Shown here piece by piece: positions 48,485-64,000 of a stretch of 64,000 nt of DNA. The stretch lies in assembly GCF_009914755.1 (NCBI RefSeq), contig NC_060926.1; one strand, written 5' to 3'. The stretch's first letter is position 1. Every line of letters starts with the position of its first letter. The position numbers were made by a program, and so were the translations under genes. This stretch comes from the human T2T-CHM13v2.0 reference genome, Homo sapiens. The notes below the pieces were generated by a model. It was not told where the DNA came from and did not search any database. It saw nothing but the letters and a program-made list of their open reading frames with translations.

Positions 48485-49109
48485 AACTCCCTTTGTTGTA
48501 ATTCCCTGTACTAGCACAAAAGAGAAAGAAAATAGAAATACAATAACTTGATCAGTAAGGCACTTAATAAAATGTGAAATTTTTCTAATTGACTCTGGAG
48601 AAATAAAGGCTGGAGAGAAGTTGAGATAGGGGAATTTGTCGTTGGTGAAAAAATGTAGCTGAAGATTTTCAGTTAACAAGTTGGCAATCAACTTTAAGAA
48701 AGCCTCTAGTGAGCTCACAGCATTCTGCCCTTTGTCATTTTCTTTTAGTGGTTTATGACCCTCTTACAAATAAAGGAGACACTTAGGAAATGTGTGGCTG
48801 ATTTCAAACTTGAGATAGGACAATAATTCATGGCGTAGCAGAATAAATATCCAAAACATTCTCAACAGGCTGGACTACAAGTCAGCATTTGTCACATGAA
48901 ATTGAATAAGAATAGATTTAAAATTATTCATTGCAGTTCTCACTTTGAACTCTATAAATATGGAACTGAAGGAAGACAGTGTCTGTCTTAAAGTAATTAG
49001 TGTAAAAAGAACCTAAGGGTTTTGACTGACAGTAAGATTAATATGAAAAGACTGTGATGTGGCTGGCAGAAATGTTAATGGTTTCTTAGATTATATAAAT
49101 AGAAAGAGT

Positions 49110-49285
49110 CTAGGTAATGTGTGGCACATCAGAATCACTTTGGATACTTTCTAAAATGCAGGTTCGTAGGTCCCATCCCACATCTACTGAATTATCCAAG
49201 GTCTGGGTGTTGTGCCCTGGAATCTGTCTTTAACAGTCTCCTGAGGTTACTTTGATGCTGAGATCCACCTCAGCGGATTAGTGTG
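49110..49285. mobile_element. hAT-Charlie MER5-like
   Basis: 'gcacatcagaatcact...aaaatgcaggtt...ggaatctg..tttaaca..ctcctgagg'. Confidence 0.65.
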
Positions 49286-50763
49286 GACAATAATGGAATA
49301 AGAAAAATAAAAACACAATGTCCTCACAGAGTATAAATGCTCAATAAACCATAATTTTAAGTATTCTTTAGGGCCATTTTTATTAGTTATATTGACACTT
49401 TTGTAAAATTCTTTATCCGGATCTAACTTTCTGTTAATCTTACAAGGGTGGCCTTTCCTGCCTGCCTTCCAGTCTTGTAACTTTCCTAAATGTGTCCTTT
49501 CTGCTTTCAACATATGCTAATTAGGACCTATTCTGTGTAAGATATTATCCTTGGCCATGCAGAGATTTTTTAGATGCCCTCAGTCAATATATCCACCAAG
49601 TATGGGAGTTTTGACCTGTATATAATTAACTATAAGAGAACTGAAGTGCCCTAGGGCCTGAGCAAACTTTCTGGAATTGCCTGTACCCTAGCAGTGCTGT
49701 GAAAATACACGATGCAGTAAGATGCAGCACAGAAATAAGCATTCATCTTCTGCTTTCTCTTAACAGAGGGCACTTTCTTCAACTAGGAGACCTTTGCCAG
49801 AGCATGTGAAGACCTTCTTGGCAAACACCAGCCATGCTCACTTCTCACCATCCCCCAGTGCCACCTACTCTCTGCTCAACACTCTCCATGCCCCTCCCAG
49901 AGCCATTGATCCCGTTCCACCAGAAGATCACATCTTAGAAATGCCCCAGACATCGTTGGACATTTCTTCATGCTTCATGAGCTTCAAAATCTTTTAAAAA
50001 TTTAATGCGCTTATGAATCTCTAACAAGCTCCTAAATAACTTGTATGCTATTGTTAAAAACTCCAAATATTAATAAGTATTAGTAAAATGTTGCTGTTAA
50101 TAGTAAATCAGCTAAGCGTCAAAATGCTACCTGGAAAAGCAAGCAGAATAGACATTCCAATGTTAAAGGGCATCAAGAGCAAGACTCTTAAAGAGCCTAT
50201 GAAATCATTTAAGTGTGAGATAAAAAGGTTGGGAATTTCATACATATTTAGCATTGCCTGAGAAATGTCTCTAAGTTTTTCTTTTTTCACTCTAGAATAT
50301 TACCAAAGCTGCAGTTAATTACATTTCTGCTGCTACAAAAACACTTTTTTCATGCCTCAGTGATTCATGAATCTTCCATTGTGTGTATTAGGCAGCAGCT
50401 CTTGTAGACAATGACAGAGAATAAAATGCTTCCAGAGGAAACACGATTCAGGTGTCTGTTTTTGGGTTATGCGGTGTCAGATTGGTCCCATTGTGCTTCA
50501 GAGAGCATTTGTTATTTTGTGATATGGCTACAGACAGGTTTAAGATCCAGATCATCATCTTACTTCAAAGAGTGTGAATAAATGATTCAAAAAAGAAAAA
50601 TAAGAATGGAGTATTTGGATAACAATATATTCTCAATTTAAAACGGTTTATGAAGGGAACAAACATACCATGCAAATGAGAAGCAGTTTTAGAAGGGGAA
50701 GTGTTGTGCTTCATCACAACTAATTATTACTTGAATATTTATTAGTAGTATGAGAAACTAAAT

Positions 50764-50805
50764 GTCTATGGCCATACCACCCTGAACGTGCCGGATCTCA
50801 TCTGA
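50764..50805 (+). pseudogene. 5S rRNA retropseudogene, 5' 42 nt only
   Basis: GTCTATGGCCATACCACCCTGAACGTGCCGGATCTCATCTGA vs 5S GTCTACGGCCATACCACCCTGAACGCGCCCGATCTCGTCTGA (4 mismatches, 3 are CpG decay). Confidence 0.93.
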
Positions 50806-50890
50806 AAAGGAAAAAATAGCTTCTACTTTCAACGGTGAGATATAAACAAAAGTTCTCTTTCATTACGCTTAACAAAAAATGTGCATCTTT

Positions 50891-51266
<376 letters not shown>

Positions 51267-51649
51267 TGACAAAAGGAAGTCATGGACTTGACTAAGAAAG
51301 ACCAAATGAGCAAACTGTGTGCTCTAGATATCATCTATCCCTGAGAGTATCAGAAATAAAATCATAATGATGGCACCATGGCTTCAAATAATGGACTAGT
51401 AATGTTTCCAACTCAGGATAATAAATGCTCCATTCAGAATTATCTTTTAAAACTCAGCCAGTAGTAATCACTGCACATACTTTGTTACATACTACTTATA
51501 AAAAGATGGTGCCTTTTTATCTCTGAATCTCAGGAATATTGCCCAGTTCCCAGTACCTCGACAGTTTTTAATAAATATTTGTCTCATAGTGCATGATTGC
51601 AGAATGTCTGAAATTCTAAGAGTTACAGAAAAATACAAATGACATAGGG

Positions 51650-51846
51650 AAGAGGTTGGTAAACTTTTTCTGTAAAGAGATAGTAAATATTTCAGGCTTT
51701 GTAGGTCATATAACCTCTCATACACAATTATGTCATTGTAGAGAAATCAGCCATAAACAAGTAAATGAATGGGTGTGACTGTAGTCCAATAGAAATTTCT
51801 TTACAAAATCAAGATGTAAATGGTAGGTTGTAGTTTACTGACCCTA
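51650..51846. mobile_element. hAT-Charlie MER58A
   Basis: 'gaggttggtaaactttttctgtaaag...atagtaaatattt.aggctttg...gtagtttactgacccta' with terminal inverted repeats. Confidence 0.85.
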
Positions 51847-52349
51847 AATAGAACAAACTTGGTCATTGTCCTCAGGAAGGTGTGGTAAGTGAAGGAAATA
51901 GGAAAACAAATATCAAAAACTCTGGAAAGGGTTTTTTCTCCAACTAGGATGGAGTAGGTGGAATTCAGCTCATAGTCCTACTGAATGAAAGTCCATAGTT
52001 TACATTACGGTTTACTCTGTTGTACATTCTGTGGGTTTTGATAAATGCATAATGTGTATCCATCATTGTGCTATCATATAGAATAGTTTAACCACCCTAA
52101 AAATTCCCTGTGTTTCATCCACCTAGTTTTTGTTTCCCATTTGCATGATAGATCTTTCTAGAACCCTTTACTTTTTGTGGGTGTCATTACATGTGAGATG
52201 GGACTCGAACACCACAGAAGGATGGCTTTTTTTTAAAAAAATCCAATTGGCTATTTTATACCTTTTAAGTGTAGGATTTAGGCCATTTATATTCAAGGCT
52301 AATGTTGAATTAGCCACCAATCACCATAAGCTAAGTGAGAGAGTTTCTC

Positions 52350-52782
<433 letters not shown>

Positions 52783-53247
52783 TTTTTTCTCCAACTAGGA
52801 TGAAAAGGGTTTTTTTCTCCAACTAGGATGGAGTAGGTGGTATTCAGCTCATAGTCCTACTGAAAGAAACTGAAAGCTGTATTGAGAAACAAGAACAAAC
52901 CCCCCTGCTGTTTGAAAAGACTGGAAAGCAGCAAGTGCAGCCAGCACTTGGGGTACAAAACCCAGAGTGGGGGAAATTCATCCAGGTCAGCTGTAGGTTC
53001 CTATTAGTCTCTCCTTGTGGTGTTAGACAACTAAACAGTAGGCAATGTCCTAAGACAAGGCTACCAAAGTGTGGTGCAAAGGGCCTCTGTAAACTGTTTA
53101 CACCAATATGTATTATTGAGATAATTATGGCATGTGACAAATTTAGAAATATTTATAATAATTTAACAGAGCAATTTTGGGTGCATTTTATCTAGTAATT
53201 TTAAAAGCAAGCATATTTTTATGTCCTTTATGTCTTTTATTTAGTAA

Positions 53248-53635
<388 letters not shown>

Positions 53636-54149
53636 CACAAGACATTTTTTACTAGTAAAATTTGAGATGAACCAGCCTAGACTGTACAGCGATCTTAATG
53701 GAGAAAGGAAACAAAGTGGAGCTCAGAGCCACAAGGAAACCAGGATGGGAGGGTCCAGGGTCCCAGAGAACTAAAAGAACTAAGTCCAGTATTCTGTATA
53801 AAATGTACCCTTAAATTTGCCAGACCCTCAACTGCAAAAACCCGGAGTGAGAGGCTGAGAAACCAAGCAGAAAACGACAGCTTAGAAACCAAAAATGCAA
53901 AAAAGGAAACTGGCATTTTCACATTGGAGATAAAAGTCAGAGCTCTAGACCTGACAAGGAGGAGAAGATCCTGGTAAGCACTGCAAACTTTCATTAGAGA
54001 CCCAAAGAATAAAGGCAAACAGGAAACATAGAGAAACAGCCGACAAGAGAACAGGAAGTGAGCCAAATCTCCCGCACAATTCACTTTCAGAACCCTTCCT
54101 GCAAGGGAAGCTGGGAAGTGTGGACTTTATCTTGCTAACCTCTCCTACT

Positions 54150-54448
54150 AGAAGGAAGTAGTAGGACAATAAGAACAATAAAAAGCATCGATAAAAAGAA
54201 CAATAAAAAGCATCAATAAAAGTAGTTTGCATTTTAAAAAGTTAAACAAAGTCGATAAAACTTCAGTGACAGAAACTGAGAAAAAAAGAAGGAAATCCAA
54301 ATAAGTAAAATCAGACATAAAAAAAGAGACATTACGACTGATACTGCAGATATTCAATAGCTCATTAGCAGCTACTATGAGCAACTACTTGCCAGTACAC
54401 TGGAAAATCTCAAGGAAATTGTTATATTCTTAGACATGTACAACCTAC
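54150..54448 (+). mobile_element. Old L1 ORF2 fragment
   Basis: 'aaatcagacataaaaaaagagacattacgactgatactgcaga...ctactatgagcaacta...ttcttagacatgtacaacctac' is homologous to L1 ~25900-26120. Confidence 0.75.
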
Positions 54449-54618
54449 ACAGCCAGATCTTGTGAGAACTCACTCATGAGACAGCACTAGGGGAATGGTG
54501 CTAAACTATTAGAAGCCACCCCCATGATCCAATCACCTCCCACCAGGTCCCACCTCCAACACTTGGGCTCACAATTCAGCATGAGATTTAGGTGGGGACG
54601 CAGAGCTAAACCACATCA
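54449..54618 (-). mobile_element. MSTA LTR, second portion
   Basis: 'ccagatcttgtgagaactcact...ggtgctaaac...catgatccaatcacctcccaccagg...aaaccacatca'. Confidence 0.85.
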
Positions 54619-54765
54619 CTCCCTTAGAAGTCTCAGAAGGAATCAACTCTGATGACACTTTGATCTTGAACTTCTAGCTCTCAGAACTGTGAGACAATAA
54701 ATTTCTCCTGTTTAAGTCACTCAGTTGTGGTACTTTGTTATGACAGCTCTAGCAAACTACTATAG
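54619..54765 (+). mobile_element. MLT1B/C LTR 3' part (upstream stub at ~52311-52349)
   Basis: 'gacactttgatcttgaacttctag..cagaactgtgagacaataaatttc...tttaagtcactcagttgtggtactttgtta'. Confidence 0.85.
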
Positions 54766-54799
54766 TGGGAGCAAACAAAAACTACTATAGTGGGAGTGA

Positions 54800-56160
54800 A
54801 TAAAGTCATTTTCCTTTCTAATATTTTGTTCCTGGAACTCTATACTATGGTTAAGGGAGGAACAACATCATATATTGGCTGCTGGTTTAGTACATTTACT
54901 GCAGCTTCTACAACCATACTTGACTCTCATGATACATTTTCTCCCATATGATGTTGATTACTTAGTAGATCATTCCTCCATATTATATGAGTAACTGCTT
55001 CTGGAGGACGGCATGCATATTAAGATCAGTGAGTCACATAGACATGACTCTCTTGCCTCTTGAACTCCTTGGTCTGAGGTAATATTGCATGGAATATTGT
55101 GATGGTGAATAAGCATTTAATGACTCTACAAATGACGGTTCTGAACAGAGCATTATAGGAATAGATAGAGGCCAATCTATGTGAAAAATAATTGTTTGGC
55201 CTAAAGAGGGGGAAAAGGTTTCCATGTAATCAATTTTCTGTTAGGTGAATGGCTGTTGCCCTGGAGTATCACACCTTTTTAGGGTCTCAATATTGGTCTG
55301 TATATTGGAGACTGAAAAGTCAGCAGTTGTGTTAACCAGACCAACCTCGGTTAAGCAGATAGTGGAACTCATATGGCACCACCACACCTGCCAATATGTC
55401 CCTCTAAGAAAACACTGGCATGACTGGGGAAAGAAGCTCACTGACATACAGAGAGTAGTGCACCTATTCTGAGTACTGAGTACTAAGTATCTTCAGAGTG
55501 TACATTAGAGACAAAAATTCTAACAACACAAATTGCTTTGACTCTGCTGTCATTCTGAGAAGCCTATTTACATGCCACTTCCCCAGGCCTTGTTGTCAGT
55601 AACCTTGTTTCTTCCAAACATCCAACCATCTTGCCAAGCCATCAGCTTCTAATTAATTGCTATAGATCTACGTATCTAGATATTTTTCTTTCCCAGAAAT
55701 AAAAGGAAAAACAAAATGAACTTCTTGTAGGTTTCCTCAATGGGAGGACTATTTTCTCCACTGAACTTTAGGGCCACCCCTAAGTCTGACAATATTGTTT
55801 TAGAACTCCATTTCCAGGTGGAATAGGATATTTTGTTAAATCATGTTTTTCAGGATTTAATTTTTTCTTCCTCAGTCTACAGTCCTAGTAAATGCCTCAG
55901 TGGCATAGGTGTGGGTGGAGGAAGAAGTGGCAATATATCCAGAGTCAATACTGCGAGTCATTAGCTCGTGCAACTTGTTTATTCCTCCAGAACCCACTAG
56001 AGCTCACTCATTTATTTTAGCTGTTCTACTTGATAATGGAGGGCTTATGAACACACCAAAATTGACAGCTTGGGGAATCGGATAACAATCATCCCATAAT
56101 AAGCATCTTAGGTCACATGGCCACTTGATGCACCTAATTAGCGGTACGTCTTGTGCATCC
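54800..56160 (-). mobile_element. MaLR/ERVL internal sequence, degenerate
   Basis: Resembles decayed ERVL/MLT internal (pol-derived) sequence; family not resolved. Confidence 0.55.
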
Positions 56161-56571
56161 AGAACACTAGCTCAAGAGAGTCTAGGAAATGTCATTTAGG
56201 CCTTTGAAGCTTGGCAGCAAGAAGGAAGGTTGAATGTTATACTGATGTTCTGTTTGACATATGTTGTCTTTAGGTTTGTACTTCTGCAATTCTACCTTAC
56301 AAACTATTGTCAGAGTAAACTATTTAAAGTACAAGTATGACCACACCATTCATGGTTCCCTATAAGTTACAAACAAAAGTTCTATAGCATGGCATACTGT
56401 TTTTAAATGGCATGAACCCAGGATCCCTCTCTAGTCTCATCTATTACTGCAAACACTCTTTACATTCCAGATAAAACAACTCAGACTTATTTAGGGCTTA
56501 CAGTATATTGGGCATTATTCTAAATTGTTTGCATATATTACATTGTTTAATGTTTAGAACATTTTGAGATG

Positions 56572-56870
56572 GTGCAATGGTCAATTTTATGTGTCAAGTT
56601 AGCTGGGCCATGGTGTCAAATATGATTCTGGACGTTTCTGTGAGTGTGTTTCCTTGGATGAGATTAACATTGAAATTGATGGGCTTTGAGTAAAGCAGAT
56701 GGCCTTTGGTCTTGAATTCCAACATCAGCTCTTCCCTTAATCCTTAGACTGCTGGCCTATCCTACAGAATTTGGACTTAGCCTCCATAACTGCATGAGCC
56801 ATTTCCTTTAAATACATCTCTCTATATTCACATTATCTTGCTTCTGTTTCTTTAAGAATGCTGACCAATA
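56572..56870 (+). mobile_element. MLT2 LTR inserted in a MIR
   Basis: 'tgcaatggtcaattttatgtgtcaagttagctgggcca...gcatgagccatttccttt...gaatgctgaccaata'; MIR halves on both sides. Confidence 0.8.
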
Positions 56871-58059
56871 TAGGCAGATAATAATGTTAGTATTCCCATT
56901 TTTTAACATGGGAAGATTTAACCTCAGGGTTACCAAGCTAGTAAATATTAGGCCTGCTATGGATATATAAACAGTCTGGTTCCAGAGTCCATGCACTTAA
57001 TTATCATCATCTGCTGACTGTCATTATAAAATAGTGTTGAGTTCCAGTTTCCTGTACACGTCATGTAAACTCAAGTTTTCATGCCATTCATCATGCTGCT
57101 CCTTCTTCCTGAAAGACACTCCTACTCATCCTGCAATATCCACCTTAGTCTTTATTTCTTCCAGGCATAAATCACTGCTCTCTGCATCACTCACGATGGG
57201 GCTAAGTGCCCCATATAGAGCTTAGACAGTGGTTAACACCTAAACAAAAAAAAAGCTCAAGAAATGATTTTTGAGTTGAATTAGATTTGTGATAAATTAT
57301 CCATGAAGTTAGTAATTTAGTAAAATATAATGATTTACCTTACTTATTATATTTTGACAGCTAGATTTTATTTTATATATTTGAAAGGTAGTTAACCACA
57401 TGGCAAGAATGCTGCTAAGACATTAAGACCATCATCCTTATAGGAAATACTGCACAAGAGACTAGATACTCACTTTAACTAAAACCTAAAATCATTTCTG
57501 AACTTTAAATTATTGTTAACATATGTGTAAGCAACTAAGACTAATTAAATATATCTAAGATTAAAAATATTTTTATATACTTCTAATAAGTTTCTTTATA
57601 TTTTATCAAAAGTGAGAGTTCAAAAATATAGTAGACTTTTCAAACATGACCATCAGATAGTGGAGCTAAGTTCCCAGAAGGCAGAAGTGAAAATTGGAGA
57701 GAAAATGAATGAATGGGTTGCTCTCAGAAAGCATAAACAGTCACATACCCCACTCCTGGAGTAGGGAGTCAGGTGCATGTTTCCAGACGGATTTCAGAAT
57801 TAGTAAAGACCACTGACTATCTACTTCTCACAACTCTCTTTGTACAGTGAGCATTGGGAAGTTGGGGGGAAAGATAAATGTATTTTATTTATAGATGTAG
57901 ACGAATAGCTATACCTGAGGAGCTTTATTACATTAAGATCTGATTAAGATCACAAGGATTTGGAAGGTGAGACTTATACTAAAATTGAAATAAGACTTTA
58001 GTGGAAAACTATGGTACATCTGACATGATAGAAAGATGTGAATTATTGTAGTAAGAGGG

Positions 58060-58580
58060 TAGACTCTGGAAAATTGCTTTCAAATGAGCATAACAATTTT
58101 TCCCATCCCTGTATACAAACCCTTTGCCATGTGACTTTGTCATATCTTCCATTCAGAGGTGGAGTCTATTTCCCCACTCCTTTAAATATGGGATGGTCTT
58201 ATGACTTGCATTAACCATTAGAATGTAGTGGAGTGATGTGTGTGCAACTCTTAAGGCTAGTCCTTAAGAGGCCTCATTGATTCCACTTTCACTGTTCTGG
58301 AATCCTGACTCTTCTGTGCTTTCTTGCCTACTGGAGGATGACAGCATCACCAGGCTGTCTCAATTGACAGTGGGCACCAATGCCCGACCATGTGAGTGAC
58401 ATCATTTTGGACACTGAACCCTAGGCAAGTCATTAGATGACAGGGAGTGCATGAATATTCCCAGGAGATAGCAGCAGATGAATTGCCCAATCTACTGCCC
58501 TCTTCTACCTCCCAAATTGTGAGAGATAATAGATCATTGCTGTTTCAAGTCCACAGGGACTTGAAACAGCAATGATATGT
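58060..58580 (+). mobile_element. MLT1H/F-like LTR, preceded by a probable MaLR internal 3' end
   Basis: 'gccatgtgactttg...gaggtggagtctatttccccactccttt...tgctgtttcaagtccac'. Confidence 0.7.
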
Positions 58581-58598
58581 TATTATTTCGGATTGTCA

Positions 58599-59010
<412 letters not shown>

Positions 59011-59659
59011 AAGCTACTGGTGACCATTTCGCACCAATATTTAGTAACTGGACAAATGAAGTACTCAGTAAATATCTGTTAAATAAGTAAATCAATGTAG
59101 GAAATTTTAGTTTTTAAATAATCAACTTAAATTTCATTAGTAAGAATTTTATTTATTAGAATCATATTAATGCTTATTTCTTCTAATTAAGCATCACAGT
59201 ATATCAATTTATTATTTTATGTGTTTTTCTTGAATTTTTTTTCACTTCTCGGTGAGCCAAAATGCAAAAGTGACAGTGAAAAAGGGGATAAAAGCTAATA
59301 AAGGTTATAATCATAGTTTTAATGACATAATGAGTTAATAGGTAATAAAATATCTCAGAGATTTTTTATAAGCCCCAAATGTCTTTTCACCTAAATGAGA
59401 GGATTATAAATAAATACTGGGGAGCTGGTTTGTTGCAGTATAATTAGCATGGGATTTAAAATAAAGACCTGATTCAACTTTTAGTGGGGCTGGTGATAAA
59501 CATCTCAATGGATTGTTGCATATTGTAAACACCAAAGTGCTCTAAAATGCTGTTTTATCGATTCTTACTGTAGAAAGCTCTTTGATTAAATTATGACATT
59601 TAGCATTTTACCTAAGGTGGCTTAATTTAATGGGAAAAAATATAGCCCTTATGACATTT

Positions 59660-60055
59660 AATGTGGGTTGGCACACACACATACCCACTCTCTAACCCCC
59701 TTCTGGATTGTGTTTCTCAACTCATGAGCCTGGAAAGCTAAAAGCTATCCTTCTTAGAGTTTTTTTCAGCTGGGTATGGCTACATAATTCAGTTCTGTAC
59801 AATGAATGACACACAAGCACAAGTATAGAAGTGCCATCTTCCTTCCTGTCTAGAATGCGGATGTGATGGTAGGATCTGCAATAGTTACCATGGATCTATG
59901 GGAGAAAGTGAAAAGGAGTGAAGAGGGTTCCGTTCTTAACCTGTTCTCCTACCACTGAATTTACTGTTGTATGAGAAAAAGAATGTCTCTAAATCTTTTA
60001 ATTCACAAATTAATTGGGCTCTCCCTTGCAGCTGAATGCAATCCCTAACTGAGAC
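59660..60055 (+). mobile_element. MLT1J-like LTR, degenerate
   Basis: 'cttccttcctgtctagaatgcggatgtgatgg...ttgcagctgaatgcaatccctaactgagaca'. Confidence 0.6.
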
Positions 60056-60869
60056 ATTCTTTGGTGTGGAATGGATAAAATTTCATTTTATCACTCACCA
60101 GTTGTGTGACATGATCAAAAACAACTTGTGGGACAGGGACTGGTGAGGGAGGTATCCACCTGAGGGTGTGATCCAAGGACTAATGTGTTAAGCACCTAAC
60201 AGTCTTTCTGGCATATAGTAGGCCATGGATAGTGAAAATAACACACAGGTTATTTCCCTTCTCTTGTAGCTAGAAGTTGTTTGTTAATATATTATATAAT
60301 TATTTACCCATGAACGTACAAATTATTTTAAAGACAACTCCTCAGGCAATTCCTCATAGTCACAACACAAAATAAAACCTGTTGATCATATTAGGCACTA
60401 AACAAATGCCAACACTCTCTCCTTTCTGCTGTGTGCATAAGAACACCTCCTAGAAAAATGAACTGAAAAATTTTTTTAATTATTAATTACAATTTGAAAC
60501 TGAAAGAAAGTTTGACACTGAAAGCATTATTTAAATATTATCAGTTTAAAATGTACTATAACTACTGGAAATGTGTATTCATGTTCAATAATTTTATTTT
60601 GAAATAAATATAGCAATTACTATTCCATATAACAATGACTATGAAATAAATATGTCAATAACCATAATGCTGAATAGTTTTTGAATACTTACATTGTATC
60701 ACATTTTGAATATTTAGCTGCTTTCCATCAAGAAATAACATAAGTCAAAGAAAATTCTTACCATAAAACTGGCTTGTAAAAATATATATTTTCTTTTTTC
60801 TTTTATAAGAAAAATTCCAAATAACATGAACACTGAAATCCTTTTAAATACGTTATATTACAGTATTTT

Positions 60870-62559
<1,690 letters not shown>

Positions 62560-62759
62560 TAGTATTTTAAAAAACACAAATATCTTACAGTATTTTAAAA
62601 ATATGTTATCCTACAGTATTTAAAAAACTAGAATTACACATTCTAATTTTGGGAGTGAGAGTGGATGAGACAGAAAAAAAAGAAAAATGACTTGAATGTC
62701 TTTGGGGTTAGAATTGGTTAATCTTTATGTAAGTAACTGAAAATAGTATTTCCTTCTTC

Positions 62760-64000
62760 TGAATTTGGTTATGGTCAATTAGGTATTCTAGACCAAACCT
62801 CCTGCTGAAAAATACTATACATACAGGATAAAAAATAGTTTTTAAAATTTTGAAAATATGAAACAGTAAGGAATTACTAGGACAACGTATCAAGAGGAAA
62901 ATAGGGAGGTAACTAGTACAGCAGCAACGTCTACCCTGAGAGAATGTGACAATTTTGTCAAACTTAACATTTTACTTGATAGCCTTATGGAGTGAGCAAG
63001 AGAACCATATCGAAGCCCAAAGCATACCTAATGTAGAAAGTCTAGTAAAAGACTTAATCCCCAAATAAACTGGAATCCGAAAGGGCTAATCTCTCAAAAT
63101 AAATATGAACCACACCTAACAGAGCTGTTCCAGACCGTGAGCAATGAAGGCTTGCACTTCCTCGGTGGTCCAAGGAACCTCAGCATGGAATTTTATTTAA
63201 GGTTGTCCCTAACTAGTTGTGCCCTAGAGCCTGGCAATAACAAATGAAAATCCTCTTTGGAAGAACGTACCCTTACCCTAAATCTTAAAATATCAAGCTC
63301 ATTTTTTTTCTAAGTTCACTTGTCAGCACAAATAAGGTACCATATGACATAATAAGCCAAAATAATAAATGAACAAAAAATAGAAGTACAAATACATCAT
63401 ATATTTGAATACACAATAGATTATAAAATCTTTGCTTACTATGCTTAAAAAATAAAATTGATAAACTTGAAAATATTAGTAAAAAATATGAAGCTATAAA
63501 AGATGACAGAATAGATTTGAAGAAGAAACAGACTAAGAATAAAAAAATAGCTGAAATTTAAAAGTCAGTGCATAATGAGGGGGGTAGGAGTCCATCAGTA
63601 AAACAATATTGGCCATATATAAATAATGATTGAATGTGAATTACAATCATATCAGAATCATTTTATGATTCTTTTCTTTTTTCCTTGTGTATATATTTAA
63701 ACATTTCCATTGTTAATATTTTTTAAAAACCCTCCATTCATGAAATTAACAGCAAATTAGAGACAGCTGCAGAGAAAGTTAATGAACTGGACATTATCCG
63801 GAGTGCAGCATAAAGAATTAAAAAGAACATAAATAAGTAAATAAATAAAGTGAAGTTAAAAGACAGAGGATAGAGAGAAAAGGTCTACCATATTTTAAAT
63901 CAGAAATCCAGCAAGAAAGGAGAAAAAGAATGAGTCAGAGGCAATAATTGAAGAAATAATGGGTGAGAATTTTCAGAACTGTTAGAAGTGACCAATTCAC
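62760..64000 (+). mobile_element. Ancient L1 (L1M/ME) 5' region and ORF1 remnants
   Basis: 'aacagcaaattagagacagctgcagaga...aatgaactgga', 'gaggcaataattgaagaaataatgggtgagaattttcaga'. Confidence 0.6.

Overview
AT-rich primate (human/great-ape-like) genomic DNA, intergenic or deep intronic. I recognise no host protein-coding gene. Most ORFs in the track are Alu, L1, LTR or microsatellite read-throughs. The window is largely interspersed repeats: about 19 Alus, MaLR/ERVL/ERV1 LTRs, hAT MER elements, and MIR/L2/old L1 fragments. The informative structure is retrotransposition and repair history. (1) A full-length, coding-dead L1PA2-like element (22819-28840) carries a ~1.4-kb 3' transduction with its own ATTAAA signal and poly(A), bounded by a 13-bp TSD. 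It sits in one unit of a 102-bp tandem duplication that preserves the empty site. (2) Its antisense ORF0 is extended to 163 aa and runs into flanking DNA. (3) There are two twin-primed (5'-inverted) L1 insertions, one only ~86 bp long. (4) A 42-nt tailless 5S rRNA retrocopy is present. (5) A chimeric, TSD-less AluS/AluY is present. (6) A complex rearrangement at 51.9-54.8 kb splits an MST LTR. I found no convincing new biological system; these are locus-level instances of known mechanisms. Subfamily names come from remembered consensus sequences, and boundaries of old repeats are approximate.
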